Source: Nannocystis bainbridge (GTDB taxonomy: Bacteria; Myxococcota_A; Polyangia; Nannocystales; Nannocystaceae). From it: a stretch of DNA of 64,000 bases. Under the pieces are notes generated by a model. The model did no database searches and was not told the origin of the DNA. It saw only the letters and a program-made list of their open reading frames with translations. The DNA lies in the NCBI RefSeq assembly GCF_028368995.1, contig NZ_JAQNDL010000003.1:2400001-2464000 (forward strand). Direction: 5' to 3'. The translations under genes and the position numbers were made by a program. Shown piece after piece: positions 32,801 to 41,006 of the stretch (the stretch's first letter is position 1; each line of letters starts with the position of its first letter).

Positions 32801-33388
32801 CACGAACCCGACGGCGTGGATGTAGTCGAGCGCGCGCGCCAGCTGGACGAACAGCTCGACGATCGTCTCGCGCGGGGCGGTGCGCAGGCACTCCTGCAGC
32901 GACACGCCGGCCAGCAGCTCCTGCGTGAAGTACACCCCGCCGTCCTCGCAGCGGCCGAAGTCGTAGACGGCCGCGAGGTTGGGGTGGTGGAGCTGGGTCA
33001 GCAGGCGGAACTCGGCCTTGAACTCGGCGATGTCGTCGCTGACCGCGCCCTGGGTGGCGCCGAAGCTGCGGGTGATCGGCGGCCGGCGGGCGCCGTCGTG
33101 CAGGCGCGCGCTCGAGCTCGCGGCGGCCGCGGTGGCCGGCTGTTGCACCGAGCTGGCCGGCACGACCTCGCTGGAGCGCGAGCCGGGGGCGTCGAGGCTG
33201 GCGTCGCGGCGGATCAGCTTGAGCGCCACCGGGCGCTCTTCAAGCTCGTCGTAGGCCTCGTAGACGGCGCCGAAACCGCCGCGCCCCAGCAGCCCGCGGA
33301 CCTGATAGCGCCCGGCGATCTTGTCCGGCATCGGCGGCTCCGCCCCGTCCGCCGTGGGCTTCGATGGCTGCGCGTCGGACTGGTTCAT
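29822..33388 (-). CDS. Ser/Thr kinase-ATPase-TPR protein (STAND/PknK-like architecture)
   Basis: GRGGFG, HGDIKPSN, DFG, GTPGFSAPE; Walker A APEGMGKT; TGGHPL; C-terminal TPR-like helices. Confidence 0.88.
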   Translation of the reverse strand: MNQSDAQPSKPTADGAEPPMPDKIAGRYQVRGLLGRGGFGAVYEAYDELEERPVALKLIRRDASLDAPGSRSSEVVPASSVQQPATAAAASSSARLHDGARRPPITRSFGATQGAVSDDIAEFKAEFRLLTQLHHPNLAAVYDFGRCEDGGVYFTQELLAGVSLQECLRTAPRETIVELFVQLARALDYIHAVGFVHGDIKPSNVIVCPPDVDGGQPQAKLIDFGLARLFRHHRKLKDLALDQLDDSEELIKVRGTPGFSAPEKVRGEVIDSRADIYSLAATIYTAVRGVRPFPSRTFKEALRNAIDWRPELAGALLQQCGPVVAELVGRMLSPDPELRPQSARSIVLELLRRESSHIRDRQKSAQDRREFARVLVELLPFVDRADYLDILLLRAHDVLRPDTARNKSVSRVIRTVIVEAPEGMGKTRLLSELRREIQLGDGLFVEGSCWTGDGEGLGPFAPVVLQLATALGERSEAVRKYPELIRAARDRSHESSAAAQLTEFLVRCASEHPFVLYLSDLARGTETTRALVEQLTRAIDHNEARALLCITTEPHPKFRPQLVALSREQLVELWNLRPFTQKEMLEVLKGILGDAPALRELVTMLDKLTGGHPLSFRETLRVLIEESILVRDNDTWVLRSASAAAEQLHKTLAQRSEARLDALGVSAWEVASILYLIEAPIDEERLAHLTDLRRERFRRTLERLEGESLILRSAITGASQVVLAHASVREAVRIRYEDSLSETRLELAERIAEQATVDPQFVFLRARLLDAAADGLEYLSELEKAAEDLFAGGQPNLAAQVLERVIIRLRKFGRVQGLPRLLRAQLNLVERAPGALNDPRREAAQHEAGILVAELLGDHRAQAVFWLGLVDRYTLDGGSDAEMALGRLQNAAIAAKQARDRILELRIANRRAEILLGAGEIDGAVRCSKEAMEILDLPDAQDHYVCHVVGTRLRCLSLAGQLAEARRLHDEAKLLAERVSVLQRQAYISGIAYLAVLGNEPERAIPETRAALEQLRAAGVTRMLINPLHNLGDLLLRSGDLEGASESFREALRFAGLHGFAYHLHLNRGFLGYTLARMGEVEEGAAMLAEARRGIQTIQNEQFAHHQLRLLDAEVAHMLGQSPRARRELEEMLADFHSTNELSLAQWAQEALSRIERDRGTSFIETPDEDDSQTVSPDQDTVRTKPLR

Positions 33389-33546
33389 GGCGCGGAGAGG
33401 GACGGGCGGCGCTCGGGTGCGCGGACAACGGACCGTGCCGCCCCCCGCAACGGCCGAACGCGAGGGACGAGTATTCCACAGCAACGTCCCAGTGACGTAT
33501 CAAATTGAAATATTCGCAGGCCGACGGGTTTTTGGGGCACCGTCGC

Positions 33547-34368
33547 TCAAGACCGGCGGGGACCCCACGGTGGCACTTCGCCCGCGCGAATTGCGCTGAA
33601 CGAAGCGCGTCCGATCGCGGCCTCACCGGCGTCGATACAGCGTTCGTACGCGGCGGCCTCGATGCAGAGGCGCTCTGCTTCGGCCTGCCCGATCGCCCCC
33701 AACAGGCCACGCTTGTACACCGCGACAGCGGTCGGGGAGCGTCGTCGCAGGAGTTCGGCGAAGGTGCGCACGCGGGCGAGACCTGCGTCGATGTCCGGGA
33801 CGATTTCGTGGCAAAGACCGATCCGCAGCGCCTCGTCGGCGCTGATCTCCTCGCCCGTGCAGCCGAGCCGGAGCGCGTGCGCCGGGCCGACCGCGAGCGC
33901 CAGCTCCGCCGTACCGCGCGCGCCGGGGATGATGCCGAGGCCCGTCTCCGGCAGCGCGAAGCGGCCCGTCGGCGTCGCCAGGCAGTAGTCGGCGGTGAGC
34001 AAGAACTCGAGGCCCCAGCCGAGCGTGACGCCGTGGCTCAGGGCGACGGTGAACAGCGGGGCGTGGCGCAGGCGCAGGAGGATCGAGCGCTGGCGGCGGA
34101 CGTGGGCCTTGACGCGCTCGTCGGGCCAGCCGACGCGTTCGGTGACGTCGGCGCCGGCGACGAAGATCGGCGCGCCCGACTTGCTGGTGCGCCGGCTGGT
34201 GGTGCACAGGCAGGCGACCTCGCCGTGCTCGAGCAGGTCGCACAGCGCCTCGAAGGCGTCGAGGATGCCGGTGCCGACCTCGTTGGCCTTGCCGTGATCG
34301 AGGGTCAGCGTGAGGAGCCGGAGCTCGGGGTCGTAGTGCGGATGCAGGGCGTCGATGCGCTCGAACAT
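33547..34368 (-). CDS. Enoyl-CoA hydratase/isomerase family protein
   Basis: FVAGADV, LGWGLE, FALPETGLGIIPG, AxEALRIGL. Confidence 0.9.
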   Translation of the reverse strand: MFERIDALHPHYDPELRLLTLTLDHGKANEVGTGILDAFEALCDLLEHGEVACLCTTSRRTSKSGAPIFVAGADVTERVGWPDERVKAHVRRQRSILLRLRHAPLFTVALSHGVTLGWGLEFLLTADYCLATPTGRFALPETGLGIIPGARGTAELALAVGPAHALRLGCTGEEISADEALRIGLCHEIVPDIDAGLARVRTFAELLRRRSPTAVAVYKRGLLGAIGQAEAERLCIEAAAYERCIDAGEAAIGRASFSAIRAGEVPPWGPRRS

Positions 34369-34432
34369 GTGCGCCGGAGACCATACGAGGGCCGCCCGGC
34401 GAGTGCCAGCGGGTAATGGGACCCACCCCGGC

Positions 34433-35017
34433 TCACGGTAGCCGTGCGAGATCGGCGGGCCGGTCGAGGTTGTCGAGCACGGCGGGATCGTCGACCGCCA
34501 GCGCGCTGCGCATGCCGCTGACCGCCGGACGTCCCAGCAGGTCGCGCGGGCTGGCGTCCGGCCCCAGCGCCAGCAGCTCGGGCACCAGCGCCGCCGGCCA
34601 CACCAGCGGATGGCCGCGGCGACCGCCGTGGCTCGGCTGCCAGACCTGCGTGGGCGCCGCGCGGAAGGCCGCCGCCAGCGCCGCGACGGTCTCGGGCCGC
34701 ACGTGCGGGCGGTCGACCGTCAGCACCAGCGCGGCGCAGCCGGGGGCCAGCATCTCGAGCTCCTGCAGGCCGCGGCGCAGGCTGTCCATCTGTCCTTGCG
34801 GCCATGTCGGATTGGTCACCTTGATCGCGGACCCGAGGTCCTCGGCGGGGATGACGACCGCGCCCTCGACGACGACGATCGGGCTGGCGTCGGCCGCCTC
34901 GGCCTGGGCCACGGCGTGGCGCACGAAGGCCCGCCCGCGCCACTCGAGCAGCGCCTTGGGCTGGCCCATGCGCTCGCCGGCGCCGGCCGCGAGGACGATC
35001 GCGCCGAGCGCGGTCAC
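34433..35017 (-). CDS. MocA/YgfJ-like nucleotidyltransferase (molybdenum cofactor cytidylyltransferase family)
   Basis: IVLAAGAGERMGQPKALL, GQMDSL, VDRP, GHP, NLD; GTG start inferred. Confidence 0.85.
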   Translation of the reverse strand: MTALGAIVLAAGAGERMGQPKALLEWRGRAFVRHAVAQAEAADASPIVVVEGAVVIPAEDLGSAIKVTNPTWPQGQMDSLRRGLQELEMLAPGCAALVLTVDRPHVRPETVAALAAAFRAAPTQVWQPSHGGRRGHPLVWPAALVPELLALGPDASPRDLLGRPAVSGMRSALAVDDPAVLDNLDRPADLARLP

Positions 35018-35170
35018 GGGCGGCCTCCGAAGCAGCGGTGCGCGGCCACGGGGGGCGAAAATTGCGATGGTCGCGCCAGACGGGTGCAGCGCGTCTGTGA
35101 AGCGCGGTCGTCCCCTCTCTCGCGCGAGCATCGCGCGGCTCGCGAGCGGCGCTCCGCGGTGTCATGAACT

Positions 35171-35240
35171 AGCGCGAAGGGACATGTCCGAACGAACATG
35201 CCCTCTCGCACATGTCCTCGCGGACATGCTCGAAAGGGCA
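35171..35240. repeat. Tandem array of five 14-bp palindromic units
   Basis: agcgcgaagggaca / tgtccgaacgaaca / tgccctctcgcaca / tgtcctcgcggaca / tgctcgaaagggca; between co-directional genes. Confidence 0.88.
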
Positions 35241-35270
35241 GCAGCGTCGGCGTGTCTGCCACCGGTCCGC

Positions 35271-37109
35271 TCAGGCCGGCGGGAGCGCCGGCGAGGGCTC
35301 GCGCGACTTGTTCGACAGCGGCTTGTCGTTCGGGCGCGCCGGCTCGGCCTTGTCGCCGAACAGCTCGCCGAGCTGGGCGGCGTCGGCCGGCGACGGCACG
35401 AGGACCGCCTTGGGCACGCCGACGGCCAGGCTGCCGAGGTTGGGGTCGAGCTTGACGCCGATGCCGACGGCCCCGCCGATGCGGGCGAAGGCGGCCGCGC
35501 CGGTCTCGATCTTCTTCAGCCGGGCCTTGTCGGCCCGCGACTCGGCGCTGCTCAGCACCGACAGCCGCAGCAGCGCGACCGGGTCGACGCTGACGCAGAA
35601 GTGGCAGCCCTGGCTGGCGGTCCGGGCCAGGCGCAGGCCGGCGTCGCCGCCGAGCGAGGTCTTGCGGCCCTTGAGCTCGGCGCCGATGTCGCCGGCGACC
35701 TTGGTGGCGCCGGCGCCGATGGTGAACACGGCGAGGTTGCCGGTCACGAACGAGGCGGCCTCGAGCTTCTTCTTGGCGACCAGGAACGGCTCGAGATCGG
35801 CTGCCTCTTTGGCCATGTTCTTCGGGACAGGGATCGTCAGCAGGTCGCCCTTGACCGGGCCGGCCTTGGCGCCGTCGGTCTTGAGGGTGAAGCCGATCTT
35901 GGCCGACTTGTCGTCGCCGGTGAGGCTGTCGAACGCGGCGAAGCCCTTGACCAGCGCCTGCTCGATGCCGCGGATGGCCGCCCGCGCGCCGGCCTCGTCC
36001 TTGACGTTGGCGGCCAGCACGGCGGTGGCCTCGCCCTTGGGCGAGAGGTAGAGCGCGAACACGACGTCGCTCTGGACCTGGTCGAGCACAGCGTGGGCGG
36101 CGGCGACGGCGTCCTTGGCGACGACGTCGAAGGGGGCGGGGATCTGGCTCAGCGGGACGCCCTTGTCGAGGGCGCCGTGGAGGGCCTCGGGGGTGCCCCA
36201 GGGCATGGCCACGACGAGGGCGGGGCCGGCCGGGAGGACGGCCTCGAGGGCGGTCGGGGCGGTCCGCGCCGGGCCCAGCGGCGACAGGCCGAGGCGCGAG
36301 AACGGGGCCTCGGCGGCGAGCTGCAGCGCGAGGTCGCGGTCGGTGCCAGCGTCGAGCTCGAGCGAGCCGGCGGTGGCCTCGCGCAGGACCGCCTGCACCT
36401 GCCTGCGCAGGCCGGCCGGCAAGCTGTTGAGGGCGCCGGTCTCGAGCATGCCGGGCGGCAAGTCGGTGCCGCGCAGGCGCAGCCGCCGACCCTGCCCGGC
36501 CTCGCCGGCGAGCCCGGCGGCGCGCTCGAGGTCGGCGTTCGACAGCGCGAACTCGAGGGCCTTGGGCTGCTCGCGCAGCAGCACCCGCAGCTCGCCCTGG
36601 ACCAGCTCCCACAGGCCGTTGCCGAGCGGCTGCGGCCGCTGCGCCGAGGGCATGCCGTCCATGACGCCCTTGGCGCTGACGGCCGCGAGGGTGCCGGCCA
36701 GCTTGAGGTCGTTGCTGGGGTCCTGGACGTGGAAGGTGGCGTCGACGGCGAACGGGCCGGCCAGATCGAGGTTGGCCCACAGACCGGGCCCGAAGCCCAT
36801 CTGCAGCAACATCGCCTGGATCTGCGCGGCCGGATCGATCGGCTGCTTGGGGGTCCAGGCGGTGGTGGTCTGCTTGACGAGGGCCATCAGGTCGCCGGCG
36901 CCGTGGAGGCTGGCGCGCAGCTTGACCGGCTTGCCCGGCGGAGGCTTGCGCGCGGGCCGCCCGCTCTGCCCGTCGCCCGCGCCGGCGCCGTCCTCCTGCG
37001 GTTCGTCGACCACAACGACGGCGGGCGGCGGAGTCTTCTTGGCGCAGCCAAGTGTGGCAGGAGCGACGACCATGGCGATCGTCCCGAGCGCGACGCGGGC
37101 GGTGAACAT
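35271..37109 (-). CDS. Large hypothetical lipoprotein
   Basis: Lipobox TLGC; 612-aa ORF with GC-rich third positions. Confidence 0.8.
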   Translation of the reverse strand: MFTARVALGTIAMVVAPATLGCAKKTPPPAVVVVDEPQEDGAGAGDGQSGRPARKPPPGKPVKLRASLHGAGDLMALVKQTTTAWTPKQPIDPAAQIQAMLLQMGFGPGLWANLDLAGPFAVDATFHVQDPSNDLKLAGTLAAVSAKGVMDGMPSAQRPQPLGNGLWELVQGELRVLLREQPKALEFALSNADLERAAGLAGEAGQGRRLRLRGTDLPPGMLETGALNSLPAGLRRQVQAVLREATAGSLELDAGTDRDLALQLAAEAPFSRLGLSPLGPARTAPTALEAVLPAGPALVVAMPWGTPEALHGALDKGVPLSQIPAPFDVVAKDAVAAAHAVLDQVQSDVVFALYLSPKGEATAVLAANVKDEAGARAAIRGIEQALVKGFAAFDSLTGDDKSAKIGFTLKTDGAKAGPVKGDLLTIPVPKNMAKEAADLEPFLVAKKKLEAASFVTGNLAVFTIGAGATKVAGDIGAELKGRKTSLGGDAGLRLARTASQGCHFCVSVDPVALLRLSVLSSAESRADKARLKKIETGAAAFARIGGAVGIGVKLDPNLGSLAVGVPKAVLVPSPADAAQLGELFGDKAEPARPNDKPLSNKSREPSPALPPA

Positions 37110-37122
37110 CGCGCGCAGTGTA

Positions 37123-37983
37123 TCAGCGGTCGTCGCGCGCGTCGCCTTCGCGCGGTCCGCCGATCCTGGCGACCGCCTGGGGGACCACGTTCATCGGCAA
37201 GCCGGTGCCACCGTGACGGTCCGCCAGCAGCTCGGCGACGATGCTGACGGCGATCTCGGCCGGGGTGCGACCGCCCAGCGCAATTCCCACCGGCGCCCGC
37301 ACGCGCGACAGGTCGGGGGCGCCGCGGCCCAGCTCCTGCTCGCGGCGCAGGACGCGAGCGACGATCGCGTGGACTTTGCGGACGCTGCCGATCATGCCGA
37401 GGTAGCGGTGGGGGCGGCGGACCAGAGCGGCCAGCGCCCGCTCGTCGCGCGCGTGGTCGCGGGTGAGGATGACGACGTAGTCGCGCTCGCCGAGGTCGGG
37501 CACGGCGCGCTCGAGCTCGTCGACGTCGCGGGCGTGCCGCTCGGCGCCGGCGAACGCGGGGTGGTCCAGCAGCTCCTCGCGGTCGTCGACGACGACGACG
37601 CGAAAGCCGACCCCGGCGGCCACCGGGGCCACCGCCTGGGCCACGTGGCCGGCGCCGACGAGGACGAGCCGCGCTTCGGGGGCGAGATACTCCACGAACA
37701 CCTCCATGGCGCCGCCGCAACACATGCCGAGGTCGCGGACCAGGTGCGCCTTGACGACCCGCGGGCTGCCGTCGCGCAGGCAGCCGCGGCAGGCGCCCAG
37801 CACCTGCTCCTCGATCGCCCCGCCGCCGACCGTGCCGACCTGGACCCCGTCCTCGCGCAGGAGCAGACGGGCCCCCACGACCTGCGGGGCCGAACCCGAG
37901 CGGCCGATGACCGTCGCCAGGGCCGCGGGCCCACCCGTCCTCCCAGACAGGACGTCGACGACGGCACGGGCGACCGGGAGCAC
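37123..37983 (-). CDS. XdhC/CoxI-family xanthine dehydrogenase accessory protein
   Basis: GSAPQ, GTVGGGAIE, GMCCGG, GAGHV, YLGMIGS, TPAEIAVSIVAE. Confidence 0.92.
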   Translation of the reverse strand: MLPVARAVVDVLSGRTGGPAALATVIGRSGSAPQVVGARLLLREDGVQVGTVGGGAIEEQVLGACRGCLRDGSPRVVKAHLVRDLGMCCGGAMEVFVEYLAPEARLVLVGAGHVAQAVAPVAAGVGFRVVVVDDREELLDHPAFAGAERHARDVDELERAVPDLGERDYVVILTRDHARDERALAALVRRPHRYLGMIGSVRKVHAIVARVLRREQELGRGAPDLSRVRAPVGIALGGRTPAEIAVSIVAELLADRHGGTGLPMNVVPQAVARIGGPREGDARDDR

Positions 37984-38051
37984 CGCCGCGAAGTGTAGCC
38001 CGGGGCTTGTTCGGGGCGCCGGGCAATTTTACAAGGTTGGCCGGACGAGAG

Positions 38052-38663
38052 ATGCGCAGGGTCGCAGCGGTCGCGCTGGTGTTCGGAGCGTGCGGTGAGC
38101 CGGAGGCGGCGCCGCGGGCGGAGCCGCCTCCCGTGCGCCCGACGATCGCCGCCTCCCCGCTGTCGATGACGCCGGACGAGCTGGCCGAGACCCGCCGCAA
38201 GGCCGGCTTCCAGGACGGCGCGACGCTCGAGGCGGAGCGCGCCGAGGCCCGCGAGCGAGTCGCCCGCAGCTACGTGCGCGCCCATCTCCCGGCGTATCGC
38301 GAGGTGGTGAAGGCGCTGCGCGGCAACCTGGCGGAGATCGAGCGCGCGGCCCGACGGTGGCTGCGTACGAGCGATCCACAGCGGGCCTACGAGCGCTGGC
38401 GCGGGGTTTCGCGACGACGGGCCGATCGCGTCGCAGGGTTGTATGCGCAGGTCGCCGACGACGGCTTCGACGGCGGTCACGCCCAACGCCTGCTGGCTGA
38501 CGCGTATCGCCGGTGGGAAGAGCTGCGGGAAGATCTCGGCGGCGAGGTCGCTGCCGACGCGCGTTTCTCCGCCCTCCTCGTCGAATTGCGGGACGCGCTG
38601 ACGGCCGTCGCACGCGTGCTCGACGAGATCGAGCACGACGAAGAACTGGCCGCAGGCCCGTGA
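38052..38663 (+). CDS. Hypothetical helical lipoprotein
   Basis: MRRVAAVALVFGAC lipobox-like signal; helical composition. Confidence 0.65.
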   Translation: MRRVAAVALVFGACGEPEAAPRAEPPPVRPTIAASPLSMTPDELAETRRKAGFQDGATLEAERAEARERVARSYVRAHLPAYREVVKALRGNLAEIERAARRWLRTSDPQRAYERWRGVSRRRADRVAGLYAQVADDGFDGGHAQRLLADAYRRWEELREDLGGEVAADARFSALLVELRDALTAVARVLDEIEHDEELAAGP

Positions 38664-38824
38664 ATTCAGGCGTCTGGCGGCGGTTTTGCGCGCGTTGCGC
38701 GAACAGCCTTCAAGATTCTGGTAATTGGCGAAGTTTTGCGGTACCTGGCTAAAGCACCGTCCACGACGACTGCCCCTCGCAAGGGGCCGTGCACTCGCCC
38801 CGCGAGGGGAAGCCAGGAGAACTC

Positions 38825-39025
38825 ATGAAGAAGACCATCGCGATCATGTTCGCCGCCATCTCGGTTGCGAGCTTCGGCTGCAACAAGAGCAAGACCGACA
38901 CCGCCAACCCGGACGAGGTCAAGACCGACGCCCCGGCGGAGACCCCCGCCGAGACGCCGGCCGAGACCCCGGCCGAGGGCACCCCGGCCGAGGGTGGCGA
39001 CGCGGCTGCTGCCCCCACCCCGTAA
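38825..39025 (+). CDS. Small acidic lipoprotein with TPAE repeats
   Basis: AGGAG RBS; MKK...SFGC lipobox; (PAET)n tail. Confidence 0.85.
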   Translation: MKKTIAIMFAAISVASFGCNKSKTDTANPDEVKTDAPAETPAETPAETPAEGTPAEGGDAAAAPTP

Positions 39026-39061
39026 GCCCGATCTCCCTCGGGAGATCTCAGCTTGCAATTC

Positions 39062-39102
39062 CATGGGCCAGACTGGCACTTCGCCGGTCTGGCCCATGTT
39101 TT
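39062..39102 (+). terminator. Intrinsic terminator-like hairpin
   Basis: catgggccagactgg...ccggtctggcccatg followed by TTTT; a second hairpin gatctccc-tc-gggagatc at 39030-39047. Confidence 0.7.
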
Positions 39103-39173
39103 ATTCTGCAGTGTAGTGCCAGGCCCCCGGGGTCGATTTCTGCTATAGGCCCCGGACCCCCGGCCGCTCGCCC

Positions 39174-41006
39174 GTGTCGCTCGCCAACCGCTTCTTCCAA
39201 CGGTACGTCCGGCGCAACCTGCCGCAGTACGCCCTGGGCTTCGCGATGTTGGTGGCGACCAACTACGCGGTGGTGCGGATCCCGACGCTCATCGGCCACG
39301 CCCTCGACGCGCTCGGCGGCGGGCAGGCCGACGCCCTCGCCGTGGGCCGCGGGATCGCCCTCGAGCTGATGATCTGGGCGGTCGCGGTGGTGGTCGTGCG
39401 CACGCTGTCGCGCGTGCTGTTCTTCAACCCCGGGCGCGAGGTCGAGTACCGCGTCAGCGTCGACCTGTTCTCGCACCTGCTGGCGCTGCAGCGGCCGTTC
39501 TTCCTCCGCCGCAAGGTCGGCGAGTTGGTCAGCATGGCGACCAACGACACGATGTCGATCCGCCTGCTCATCGGCTTCGCCGGCCTGCAGGTGTGCAACG
39601 TCCTCGTCGCGGTGCCGCTCCACCTCGGGCAGATGCTCCTCACCGACGCCTGGCTGACGCTGTGGTGCCTGCTGCCGATCGCCGCCGGCAGCGCCTACAC
39701 GATCGCGGTGGTGCGCCGGTTCTACTCGCTGATCCGGGTCTCGTTCGAGGAGCTCGGGCGGCTGTCGGACCGGGTGCTCGAGTCATACGCCGGCATCGGC
39801 ACGGTGCGGGCCCACGGGGCCGATGCGGCGATCCTGCGCCACTTCGACGCCCGCAACCAGGCCTACCTCGACCTGCAGCTGCGGCTGTCGTCGATGCGCG
39901 CGTTCTCGATGCCGGTGCTCGGGCTGTCGGGCCAGGTGGCGGCGGCGATCGTGCTGTGGGTCGGCGGCGCGCGGGTGATCGCCGGCGAGTTGCCGGTCGG
40001 CGCGCTCGTCACGTTCACCACCCTGCTCGCCAGCCTGGTCGCGCTGCTGATGGCGGTCGCGTGGGTGCTGGCCTCGGTGTCGCGCGGGATCGTGGCGGTG
40101 AAGCGCATCGACGAGGTCGTCGCCACGCCCGACGGGCTACCTGTCCCGACGGACAGCTTGCCGCCCGGCCCGCCGCCGGCGCTCGAGCTGCGCGGCCTGA
40201 CCTTCGCCTACCCGGGCGCCGAGGCGCCGTCGCTGCAGGACATCTCGTTCGCGCTCGCGCCGGGCAAGACGCTCGGGATCTTCGGCCGCACCGGCGCCGG
40301 CAAGTCGACGCTCATCCACCTGCTGTCGCGCGTCTACACCCCGCCGGCCGGGACCGTGTTCGTCGCCGGCAAGGACGTCACGAGCTTGCCTTTGGACCAG
40401 GTCCGGGCCCAGCTCGCGGTCGTGCCGCAGGACCCGTTCCTGTTCTCGAACACGCTGCGCGACAACATCCGCCTGCGCGGCGAGCGGAGCGGGCACGTGC
40501 GCGGCGAGGACGGCGGCGGCTCGGCCTCGTCGTCGCAGCTGCGCCGCGAGGAGCCCGAGGACCCGCGGCTGCAGCAGGTGCTGCGCGCGGCCTGCCTGGT
40601 CGACGACGTGCGCTCGCTGCCCGAGGGGCTCGACACGGTGGTCGGCGAGCGCGGGGTGATGCTGTCGGGCGGCCAGCGCCAGCGGACCGCCCTGGCCCGG
40701 GCGCTGTACCGCGGGCCGGGGCTGCTGCTGCTCGACGACGTGCTGTCGGCGGTCGACCAGGGCACCGAGGTCCGGCTGGTCGCGGCCATCCGCGGGCTCC
40801 ACGACGAGGGCGGCGCCGGCCTGATGCGCGAGCCGCCGAGCACCGTGATCGTGTCGCACCGCACCAGCGTGCTCGAGCACGCCGACGAGATCCTCGTGCT
40901 CGAGCGCGGCGTGGTCGTCGAGCGCGGCACGCACGCCCAGCTGCTCGCGCACGACGGCGTCTACGCCGAGACCCACCGCCACCAGGAGGCCGCGCACCAT
41001 GGCTGA
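39174..41006 (+). CDS. ABC exporter, fused permease/ATPase (heterodimer subunit 1)
   Basis: TM domain; GRTGAGKS, LSGGQ, non-canonical Walker B LLLLDD. Confidence 0.93.
   Translation: MSLANRFFQRYVRRNLPQYALGFAMLVATNYAVVRIPTLIGHALDALGGGQADALAVGRGIALELMIWAVAVVVVRTLSRVLFFNPGREVEYRVSVDLFSHLLALQRPFFLRRKVGELVSMATNDTMSIRLLIGFAGLQVCNVLVAVPLHLGQMLLTDAWLTLWCLLPIAAGSAYTIAVVRRFYSLIRVSFEELGRLSDRVLESYAGIGTVRAHGADAAILRHFDARNQAYLDLQLRLSSMRAFSMPVLGLSGQVAAAIVLWVGGARVIAGELPVGALVTFTTLLASLVALLMAVAWVLASVSRGIVAVKRIDEVVATPDGLPVPTDSLPPGPPPALELRGLTFAYPGAEAPSLQDISFALAPGKTLGIFGRTGAGKSTLIHLLSRVYTPPAGTVFVAGKDVTSLPLDQVRAQLAVVPQDPFLFSNTLRDNIRLRGERSGHVRGEDGGGSASSSQLRREEPEDPRLQQVLRAACLVDDVRSLPEGLDTVVGERGVMLSGGQRQRTALARALYRGPGLLLLDDVLSAVDQGTEVRLVAAIRGLHDEGGAGLMREPPSTVIVSHRTSVLEHADEILVLERGVVVERGTHAQLLAHDGVYAETHRHQEAAHHG

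Noticed and set aside
29978-33508. Long antisense and alternative-frame ORFs (also 34416-37247, 47813-50623, 51787-54333, 54324-56846, 23062-24792)
   Set aside because: Shadow ORFs expected in high-GC DNA; each overlaps a motif-supported gene and has no motif of its own.
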